The position numbers and the translations under genes are program-made. The notes under the pieces were generated by a model, which had not been told where the DNA came from, did not search any database, and saw only the letters and a program-made list of their open reading frames with translations. From IMG/VR virus record IMGVR_UViG_3300006737_000127, positions 1-28,966 of that record: DNA of 28,966 bases. One strand, given 5' to 3'. Of the stretch, positions 8,583 to 15,947 are shown in pieces; position 1 is the stretch's first letter, and every line of letters starts with the position of its first letter. The stretch is from a virus (Duplodnaviria; Caudoviricetes).

Positions 8583-11075
8583 ATGTCAAACAACCCACTG
8601 AAAGAAAACATCAACGAACTACAAGACGGCGACCACTTGCTGTCGCCTACACTGACAAACCTGTACGAAGGGTTGCACGGCAACGGCATTCTATTGACCG
8701 AGGACACTGCTTTTCTTGATGGCGACCGCAACAATCCAGCCAACCTTGGTGGAGCCATGAGTCAAGGTGCTAACGCCAGTGAGGTTATTGTCAAACCCTT
8801 CCAAGCCATTCTTCACGGTGTACTGTACGACTTCGGTGGCGGCTCCAACATCACTTTGGATTTATCAGTTGGGAGCAGCGACATTTTGGACGGTGAAGCA
8901 ATCGTAGCATTGACCAGTGGGCAAGAGTGTTTGTTCGTTGTTATCGCTACGCCGCTTGGTGTAAAGGTCACGCAATCAATAAGAATCACCACAACCGCAG
9001 GTGCTTACCCTTCAATCAGTGGCTCAGCCGCTTCGTACCTAAGCGACCTCTCAAGTGGTGGGTCTGCTATTACCAACCAACAATCAACTGTGATTGGCAG
9101 CATCCGTGCAACCAACAGCGGTGGTACTACGCACGGTGCAGGTATTCAAGCACTCAGCGAGTTCAACGACCATCGCACATTTATTCGCACATCACCTGTG
9201 TACTTGACGACAACGACAAACAACGCCGCTGGTACAGCCGGTGTCAACGACCACACGACCTTGCAGCAAATTCACGGTAGTGGGCTGCACGGAAACTTTG
9301 GCGACGCTGGTGTGTTGTGGCAATCACTCAACAGCGGTGGCGAGACTATGCTCTACTACTCACGCAAGGACAGTTCAGCCCGACACACTCACCTACTTGG
9401 TCCTACTAACATCAATATCTCAAGTCCCGGTAGCAATCAAACCTTTACTTTTGACAGCGACCAAGTGTTTGTTCTTACCGCTTCTACAACCATCACACTC
9501 AACCCCAGTGGTACATTCCCACCCGGCCACACCGTGTTCGTTAGCATACCCAGCGGTAGCACAGTGACCTTTGACAGCACAGGGCTCAACACAGCCGTTG
9601 CTGCTGGCGATGCAGTTATGTTTGCCTACGACGGTAGCAACTGGAAGAAGGTGCTCTACAGTAGCACCGTGGCTACAACATCCAGCGGTGCAAGTGGTGT
9701 TGTGCAACTATCCGACGGTGCAGGTGGCTTCACAAGCGACTCAACCCTCTCATACGACACAACAGCCAACGAACTCATCGTTGACGGTAAGTTGACGGTT
9801 AGTGGTTTGATTGACCCAACTGGGCTTGAAATCACTCCACAGTCCAGCAACCCCGCTGCTGCTGATGCAGGTGTGGTAGATGCTAACACGCTTTGGATGG
9901 ACACTGGTGCATCCAACGCTTTGAAACATGGAGCAAACACAGTTCTTAACTCGGCATCAAGCGTGACTCAACTTAGTGATGTCAGCAACGCCGGTAGCGG
10001 TGCAATCATCACTGCTGGTGAGCGTACAACAGTTAGTGGTGCCAGCGGTGCCAGTGGTATTCTCAAATCCAATGGTAGCGGCACAGTGTCTGCTGCTGTA
10101 GCCAACACCGACTATCAAGCAGTGCTTAGCGAAGGAGCGTTTGCTAACGGGGACAAAAGTAAGTTGGATGCAATCGCTTCAAGTGCTACTGCTACAGACC
10201 CACCTGCAATTAAGGACAATAGTGGTACGCCAGCGTTTGCGACAGGCATCACCAAAGCAGAAGTGCTTACGCTTCTCAATGTAGAAGACGGTGCTAATGT
10301 CACCGATACCACGAATGTTGTTGCTGCCTTAACTGCGGGAACAAACATCACAATCTCCGCAGGTGGAGTTGTAGCGGCACAAGGGCAAACAGGTGCTACG
10401 GGACCAACCGGTCCAGCGGGGCCAACAGGTCCAGCGGGGCCAACAGGTCCGGCAGGTCCAGCAGGGAATAACGGCTCAAACGGTAGTGACGGAGCAGACG
10501 GTGCAGACGGTGCCGCAGGTGCCGCAGGTGCCGCAGGTGCTACGGGTCCAGCAGGTCCAGCAGGTCCAGCAGGTCCAGCGGGGCCACAAGGGCCGGGTAT
10601 CACAGGCGAATACGAAAAATACATTTTTCAAACTTCAACTGCGAGTACGGGTAGTGGTACGACAACGCAACTCCAATTTGGCTCTTCCGGTACCGTTTTA
10701 GCCCCTGCCTACGGCACAACCCTATCCGCTTGGACTATCAACCCTTCCAATGCCTACATTGACATCTTACAAGACGGGCTTTACCAATTCACCTTGGGCG
10801 CATTCATCGCCGCCCTTAGTGGTTCAAGTGCCGATTATCGGATAACTATCTCAAGCAACTCCGCTCTTACAGGCGACTTGCTTTCCTTCCGCAACCGTAG
10901 CACCTTCGTGGACCGCTACACCGGGGCAGGCATAACCACCGCTTATTTGACGGCAGGCTCAACAGTTTATTTCAGCGTCTCAAATTCCACCGGAAATTAT
11001 CAAGTCGGTGGAATCATCGCTGGTGGAAGTGGACAGGAAACCCGAACATTTCTTGACATAAGGAGAGTTGAATGA
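8583..11075 (+). CDS. Tail fibre / receptor-binding protein with collagen-like stalk and C1q/BclA-like C-terminal head
   Basis: 830 aa with fibre-type segments (GVVQLSDGAGGFTSDSTLSYD; DKSKLDAI; AGTNITIS) and 24 Gly-X-Y triplets. The C-terminal 'IDILQDGLYQF...YLTAGSTVYFSV' is a jelly-roll signature. SD GAGGTGA. Confidence 0.8.
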   Translation: MSNNPLKENINELQDGDHLLSPTLTNLYEGLHGNGILLTEDTAFLDGDRNNPANLGGAMSQGANASEVIVKPFQAILHGVLYDFGGGSNITLDLSVGSSDILDGEAIVALTSGQECLFVVIATPLGVKVTQSIRITTTAGAYPSISGSAASYLSDLSSGGSAITNQQSTVIGSIRATNSGGTTHGAGIQALSEFNDHRTFIRTSPVYLTTTTNNAAGTAGVNDHTTLQQIHGSGLHGNFGDAGVLWQSLNSGGETMLYYSRKDSSARHTHLLGPTNINISSPGSNQTFTFDSDQVFVLTASTTITLNPSGTFPPGHTVFVSIPSGSTVTFDSTGLNTAVAAGDAVMFAYDGSNWKKVLYSSTVATTSSGASGVVQLSDGAGGFTSDSTLSYDTTANELIVDGKLTVSGLIDPTGLEITPQSSNPAAADAGVVDANTLWMDTGASNALKHGANTVLNSASSVTQLSDVSNAGSGAIITAGERTTVSGASGASGILKSNGSGTVSAAVANTDYQAVLSEGAFANGDKSKLDAIASSATATDPPAIKDNSGTPAFATGITKAEVLTLLNVEDGANVTDTTNVVAALTAGTNITISAGGVVAAQGQTGATGPTGPAGPTGPAGPTGPAGPAGNNGSNGSDGADGADGAAGAAGAAGATGPAGPAGPAGPAGPQGPGITGEYEKYIFQTSTASTGSGTTTQLQFGSSGTVLAPAYGTTLSAWTINPSNAYIDILQDGLYQFTLGAFIAALSGSSADYRITISSNSALTGDLLSFRNRSTFVDRYTGAGITTAYLTAGSTVYFSVSNSTGNYQVGGIIAGGSGQETRTFLDIRRVE
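10383..10598 (+). repeat. Collagen-like (Gly-X-Y)24 coding repeat with tandem 9- and 18-bp units
   Basis: GGTCCAGCGGGGCCAACA x2, GGTGCCGCA x3 and GGTCCAGCA x3; translation runs GQTGATGPT...GPQGPG. Confidence 0.95.
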
Positions 11076-11242
11076 TGCTAACAGAATTACAAACGAGATA
11101 CCCTAATCACAACTGGGCTGCTATGGAAATACTACCTATCATTTACATGTCGGGAACTGGAGCCTATCGTGTCAACATGGGACTATGGCCTACCAACACA
11201 TATCCGACTCCACCAACGCCCGCCGAAATGGCAAGTTGGTAA
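11072..11242 (+). CDS. XkdW-like tail-fibre assembly chaperone (56 aa; not in ORF track)
   Basis: Manual translation MMLTELQTRYPNHNWAAMEILPIIYMSGTGAYRVNMGLWPTNTYPTPPTPAEMASW. AGGAG SD at 11061 and ATGA overlap with the fibre stop. The 'L..RYP...W...P.PT.AE' pattern recalls the XkdW family. Confidence 0.6.
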   Translation: MMLTELQTRYPNHNWAAMEILPIIYMSGTGAYRVNMGLWPTNTYPTPPTPAEMASW

Positions 11243-11243
11243 T

Positions 11244-11432
11244 TCACCTTGTGAACGGTGAGCGCCTCTTCTTGAAAGCGCTATCCACCCAAAAGTGCCC
11301 GCACTCTCTACACTGCCACAAACTGATACGCTTCTTGTCGCCGTCCAAGTACTTACCTTGGATTCGTCGTGGAATGTGCTCGTGCCCGCAAGCACGACAC
11401 TTGACATTCATTTTATCAAGCAGACGACCCAT
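11244..11432 (-). CDS. Zn-ribbon protein resembling the C-terminal ribbon of TFS/TFIIS (62 aa)
   Basis: CRACGH...IQGKYLDGDKKRISLWQCRECGHFW. The ATG overlaps the chaperonin stop (TGATG). Confidence 0.6.
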   Translation of the reverse strand: MGRLLDKMNVKCRACGHEHIPRRIQGKYLDGDKKRISLWQCRECGHFWVDSAFKKRRSPFTR

Positions 11433-12901
11433 CACTCACCACGCCTGCCGATAACATCGTCAATGCGTAGAATGGCTGTAGCGACCTCAGTAGCGCTCGT
11501 GATAGCGCTGCGTACCAGCGACTTGGGTTCTCGTACACCCAACTCCTTCATGCACACAATACCACCGTTCTCAACATCCGGGCCCATAGCACCACCAGCG
11601 TGGCGCATAGCAAGAATGGTGTCCAGTGCATCATGACCAGCGTTCTCAGCGATGGTGCCGGGAATGCTCTCCAATGCGTCAGCAAAGGACTCAATCGCCA
11701 TTTGAGCACGCCCACCGATGGTGGAGGCATTCTCACGCAAGTGCATGGCTGTCATGAGGTAAGCAACCCCACCGCCGTACACCGTGGAGTCACCGTTAGC
11801 AACAAGCGACACAACGCCCAGTGCGTCGTCAAAGCCACGCTGTACTTCGTCAAGCGTGGACTGAGTGGCACCGAAGAGAACGAGTGTGGCTTCTCCACCT
11901 TGTTCTCCGGCAACAAACAAGTACACTACATCGTTGTACTCTCTTCGCTCAATCTCGCCCAATTGACACACCATGTCGTCCTCGGGTGAGTGATAGATTT
12001 CAGCACCGAGTTCGCTTGACAAGCGCTTCATCGTGCTCTCGGGCAAGCGTCGGCACACAGCGATACCTGCCTTGCGCAAGTACGAAACCACAGTGTCATG
12101 CACACCGTCTCGCACAAAGACAACCTTCGGCTTAGCGGCTACCACTTTCTTGGCCGCATCAAGCAAATGTTGACGGTCGGCGTTCTTCACACTGCTGTAG
12201 GAAGTAGCATCAACCTGCACCTGCATGTTGGCCTTTTGTTGCTCTTCTTCCAAGCCGCTGTTGAGAAGTAAAACAGGTGAACTTTCCGCTATGTCCTCTT
12301 GTCCGAGCAGGTCTTTGTTGACAACCACTCCGCTGAACAAATACGAATCACTCAACGAACCACCGGGCGCTGCGAGCATGCGTACCTTGCCGACATCGCC
12401 CACCGCATTGATGGTGTCCACACACAGTTGAGCCACTTGCTCTTCCGATGCTTCAAGCGACTTACCGGTGATAGCAGTGCGAGCGATGTCAGTCAATGCC
12501 TCTTTGTTGAGGGGCGCTGAGAACGAGTCCAAGAATGCACGAGACTCATTCATGGCATGAATGTAGCCTTTGTTAATGACATTTGGGTGCAAGCCTTTGT
12601 CAAACAACGCCTCGGCATTGGCGAGTAATTGACCAGCCAACACAACGCTACTTGTCGTACCGTCGTGGCAATTAGCCTCTTGCATTTTGGAGACTTCCAC
12701 AATCATTTTTGCAGCAGGGTGAGCACTGTCAAGTTCACGCAAAATGGTGGCACCGTCGTTGGTGACAATAACATTTCCACCACCATCAACCATCATTTTG
12801 TCCATGCCCATCGGGCCCAGTGTTGTTCTCACCGTGCCTACGATTCGCTTCGCTGCTTCAATGTTCATTCGTTGTGCGCTATGGTTCTTATTTTCACTCA
12901 T
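11432..12901 (-). CDS. ths: Group II chaperonin (thermosome subunit), virus-encoded
   Basis: Motifs TTLGPMGMDKM, VTNDGATIL, HPAAKM, (H)DGTTS, DDALGVV, GGG, FADALE.IP..IAENAG.D and ILRIDD. Start placed at 12901 on the ATGA overlap and SD GAGGTG. Confidence 0.95.
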   Translation of the reverse strand: MSENKNHSAQRMNIEAAKRIVGTVRTTLGPMGMDKMMVDGGGNVIVTNDGATILRELDSAHPAAKMIVEVSKMQEANCHDGTTSSVVLAGQLLANAEALFDKGLHPNVINKGYIHAMNESRAFLDSFSAPLNKEALTDIARTAITGKSLEASEEQVAQLCVDTINAVGDVGKVRMLAAPGGSLSDSYLFSGVVVNKDLLGQEDIAESSPVLLLNSGLEEEQQKANMQVQVDATSYSSVKNADRQHLLDAAKKVVAAKPKVVFVRDGVHDTVVSYLRKAGIAVCRRLPESTMKRLSSELGAEIYHSPEDDMVCQLGEIERREYNDVVYLFVAGEQGGEATLVLFGATQSTLDEVQRGFDDALGVVSLVANGDSTVYGGGVAYLMTAMHLRENASTIGGRAQMAIESFADALESIPGTIAENAGHDALDTILAMRHAGGAMGPDVENGGIVCMKELGVREPKSLVRSAITSATEVATAILRIDDVIGRRGE

Positions 12902-13509
12902 TTCCAATCCACCTCTATGTCAATAATTGAACCGTCCTCTAAGGAACGGCTCTTGACTATGCCGTTGTCACATCCGTACTTGTACAAGTCGTATGTGAGT
13001 TGACAATCCTTGAGGCAGTACTCCGCCACTTCAAGGTATTGGCCGTTGCGCCACGCTTCGGGCGCTTCTACACTTGACATGCTCTTGCCGATGTCAAGCG
13101 TAGTGCGTGCGAGAACCTCTAACGCTGTAGCCACGCTTCCTGTTGATAACCCGGCTTTGCTTACAAGCAACTTTGTGTCAATGAGGCTTTCAGTCTTGCT
13201 CATCAAATCACCGGCTGTCCAACAGTCAAGCGCTGCATTAAGCACAGGCAAGTCAAACTTGCGAATGTTGTGCCCAAGAATGCGCCCACCGTTGTCAATG
13301 TGCTTCTGCAAGTGTTCCCCCAAGTCTCGGGGGTGAAGTGGGTGAACAGTAGCACCAACCATCTCAATGTCTTCTTTGCTGAAAATGTGTCCTTCGTTGC
13401 CATCCCATGTACCAACAACGGTCGGTTCAAACAACGAATGCTTGTCCCATCCACCAATCTCCCATGAGTAGTTGCCTGTCTCAATGTCCAATGCCATAAT
13501 GTCGCTCAT
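12898..13509 (-). CDS. DEDD/RNase H-like 3'-5' exonuclease (DnaQ/YprB-like)
   Basis: ExoI ALDIET, ExoII GHNIRKFD, ExoIII YCLKD. Confidence 0.85.
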   Translation of the reverse strand: MSDIMALDIETGNYSWEIGGWDKHSLFEPTVVGTWDGNEGHIFSKEDIEMVGATVHPLHPRDLGEHLQKHIDNGGRILGHNIRKFDLPVLNAALDCWTAGDLMSKTESLIDTKLLVSKAGLSTGSVATALEVLARTTLDIGKSMSSVEAPEAWRNGQYLEVAEYCLKDCQLTYDLYKYGCDNGIVKSRSLEDGSIIDIEVDWK

Positions 13510-14915
13510 GCGTCCACCTCCTTCAAACGAATGTACACAGTTGCACCGTCCTTGGCCGCATCAAATAAATGCGCCGCCCAGTCATTGAACTTCTTGAAGG
13601 CGGTAGGTCGGGTGATGTGATGGTTCGCTTGGAACTGTTTGAGGACAGCCGCCTTCTTGCGCCAACCCTCACCACGCTTGTCCAACTCCACAGGTGAAAT
13701 GTTGTTGTAAGCCTCCAGCCAATCCTTGCGATGATTCTCCTTCTCCATTTTCTTGGCACCAACTTCAACCTCTCCTTCAAGCCATTGAATGAGGTTCTTG
13801 AACAGGTCGTAGAGAATGTCTTTTGCCATGTCTAAGTGGTCGCCTGTGACCACCCATGTGTCATCCATCATGGCGAGGTGAGTAGCAAGAATAACCGAAT
13901 AGTTCTCCATAGCAGGTACGAAGGATGCCACGACATCAGCGATGGCAAAGTTAAGTCCTTCCAAAAGGCTGTAAAAATCCTCCACCACATCGTAAATAGC
14001 GGCGTAGTATGTTTCATCCGCTGTGAACATATCGTACATGACTGATTGCACAGCGTCCTCTTGCTGTTCACGAGTCATTTCATTCGTCCATTCCGTGTAG
14101 GTTGTCTCAGTGAGCGCTAATACACGGTCACGCAAGCGCTTTTCTAAGGACTTGAAGTAGTCAACGATTTCATCATAGGAAACGATGCCATCCTCCGGTT
14201 TACGGTACGAGCGATTCATACGCACTTGGCTGACCTTTTGCCTGCGGTCCATGTCCCAGTGCGACCAGTACAACAACACACGCTGAAAAATACCCTTGGT
14301 CAATACATACTCCTTAACACCCTTGGGTGGGTAAGTGGTAATCCACAACGATGCGAGTGACTCGGTTTCAATGCGTCGCCCGCTCAAGTGCTTTACGAGA
14401 ATGTTGCTGTTGCTTCCAATAGGGTTACACGCCGACTGTAGGTACAGCACTGTCTCTTGGCTGTGCTTACCGGGATTGAGAATGATACTCCCTTCGTCAA
14501 AGTTGAGAGCCTTTTGACCACCGAGCATACCCTGTGTTTCAACAGTGACTTGCTCCTTCTTACCGTCTTCGTTCTCCACCCACTCGCTCGTGACACCACC
14601 AATTAACCCTGCATCCGAACCACTCGTGTACGCATCACTGGCGACTCCACAGTCATTGAGTACATCACCTACAAACTCCCAAGCAATTGACTTACCAGTA
14701 CGGGAGGGTTGAATCCAAAAAGCGTGAACACGAGGGTCAAGGTGCGTAGCATCCCAAGGGATGCGAACATACGGTGCGGCAATCTGTCCTTGAATAAAGA
14801 AGAAGGAAAGCATGGCTGGAATGTCGTTGTCAATACTCACTTTGCCGAACTCTTGCACATACCCTTTGAAGAAAGGGTACTTGTCCACTGCGGCATACTC
14901 GGTTGCTTTTCTCAT
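13506..14915 (-). CDS. MCM-like AAA+ ATPase, putative replicative helicase lacking the N-terminal Zn/OB domain
   Basis: Walker A QPSRTGKS, MCM-like YTSGSDAGLIG, 'GMLGG..ALNFDEG' Walker B, a candidate arginine finger (FQRV) and a C-terminal 'VTGDHLDMA..I' helix. Confidence 0.65.
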   Translation of the reverse strand: MRKATEYAAVDKYPFFKGYVQEFGKVSIDNDIPAMLSFFFIQGQIAAPYVRIPWDATHLDPRVHAFWIQPSRTGKSIAWEFVGDVLNDCGVASDAYTSGSDAGLIGGVTSEWVENEDGKKEQVTVETQGMLGGQKALNFDEGSIILNPGKHSQETVLYLQSACNPIGSNSNILVKHLSGRRIETESLASLWITTYPPKGVKEYVLTKGIFQRVLLYWSHWDMDRRQKVSQVRMNRSYRKPEDGIVSYDEIVDYFKSLEKRLRDRVLALTETTYTEWTNEMTREQQEDAVQSVMYDMFTADETYYAAIYDVVEDFYSLLEGLNFAIADVVASFVPAMENYSVILATHLAMMDDTWVVTGDHLDMAKDILYDLFKNLIQWLEGEVEVGAKKMEKENHRKDWLEAYNNISPVELDKRGEGWRKKAAVLKQFQANHHITRPTAFKKFNDWAAHLFDAAKDGATVYIRLKEVDA

Positions 14916-14932
14916 TCTATCACCATTCTTCT

Positions 14933-14963
14933 CTTCTGTTGTTGCTTTATATAGGATTCAACC
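14933..14963 (-). promoter_or_regulatory. Conserved viral TATA promoter, copy 1 (GGTTGAATCC-TATATAAA-GCAACAACAGAAG)
   Basis: Identical over 31 bp to 25245-25275; lies upstream of the MCM-like gene. Confidence 0.8.
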
Positions 14964-15028
14964 GGAATTAAATCTCTTTTTAATTTATTTAAATGAATTT
15001 CAATAAAGTTCTGTGATGCCGCTTTATA

Positions 15029-15727
15029 TTAGCGCCTCACGCTACGCTCAATGTGGACTGGTTCTTCGCTGCTAAGTACACGCACTATCATGCTCCTCTT
15101 CCGGTCGCCTAAGCCCTTGACTTGTTTTAGTGCGTCGGGGAACGCCATCTCTTCTATGCTTCCGCATTTTGAAAGAAGACGGTCAGCCAAGTCAGCACCA
15201 ATGCCGGGTATTGTGAGCAACATATCCTTGCGTACATCGTTAGTGGACACACGGCGCACAGCCTTCGCTCCGTGGCTACTGGCTGGCTTGTGCAACTTGT
15301 CGTGCAACTTGATAACGAACAGTGCCGCTTCGCTCATGTTAGGTGTGAAGAACACTTGACAATCAAAGTCGGCCATGACCCGAGCGATGCTACCAAGCAA
15401 CTGATTCTGCACAGCCGTGTGTGTCAAACGCTTACCGTTGTTCTTCGCCATAGCGATGTACTTCGCTATGCTCCCGTGAATGAGAAGAAAAAAGCGCTCG
15501 TAATTTGCATCCATGTTCTCTAACTGTCGCCACAAGTGTCCACTATGAAGGGATTGAATGAAGTCGCTAATGCTCTTCGCCTCCACACAAGCACTACCCA
15601 ATAGGTAGTCTCCAACCACTAACGCCTGTCTCGCAACAGCAAGACCGGCCTTGTCTGCCTTGCGCTGGATAGACTCACACAGGGGTCCTCTTTCGTTGCT
15701 GTCAATTATCAAATCCGGCTTAGGCAT
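15029..15727 (-). CDS. XPF/ERCC4 (Hef/Mus81-family) structure-specific nuclease with C-terminal HhH motifs
   Basis: IIDSNE, GDY, VEAKSISDF..S (ERK-like) and HhH motifs IPGIG and VKGLG. Start moved to 15727 on SD GGAGTGA. Confidence 0.9.
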   Translation of the reverse strand: MPKPDLIIDSNERGPLCESIQRKADKAGLAVARQALVVGDYLLGSACVEAKSISDFIQSLHSGHLWRQLENMDANYERFFLLIHGSIAKYIAMAKNNGKRLTHTAVQNQLLGSIARVMADFDCQVFFTPNMSEAALFVIKLHDKLHKPASSHGAKAVRRVSTNDVRKDMLLTIPGIGADLADRLLSKCGSIEEMAFPDALKQVKGLGDRKRSMIVRVLSSEEPVHIERSVRR

Positions 15728-15947
15728 TGTCATCACTCCTATGTGTCTTACAGTGTTCGCTTTTGTAGCCTCTCCACTTCCTACATCGTTTTCCCGTGCT
15801 AGTTGTAGCGACACACCTCATTGAATCTTCGGGCCCTCGTAAGCGACAAGTATGACACACATGTGCGAAGTCATCGGGCGTATTGTTGTAGCGACTACTG
15901 CTACTCATCAAGCCACTACAAATAGAACATCTCACTCTCGGCATCAT
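15720..15947 (-). CDS. Small double zinc-finger protein (75 aa)
   Basis: CSIC...CHTC followed by C-x9-C-x10-C-x2-H (CVATTSTGKRC...HCKTH). It overlaps both neighbours and fills the gap between them. Confidence 0.7.
   Translation of the reverse strand: MMPRVRCSICSGLMSSSSRYNNTPDDFAHVCHTCRLRGPEDSMRCVATTSTGKRCRKWRGYKSEHCKTHRSDDNA

Noticed and set aside
10115-10624. 169-aa minus-strand Pro/Ala/Gly ORF and 102-aa Gln/Val-rich frame (10393-10701)
   Set aside because: Both are shadow frames of the collagen repeat in the tail-fibre gene.
11185-11454. 89-aa plus-strand ORF after the tail fibre
   Set aside because: It is antisense to the Zn-ribbon gene and overlaps the better-supported 56-aa ORF at 11072-11242.
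14944-14955. Plus-strand reading of the promoter (TTTATATA)
   Set aside because: It matches the archaeal TATA consensus, but no plus-strand gene follows any copy and the upstream flank lacks a purine-rich BRE. Antisense activity cannot be fully excluded.
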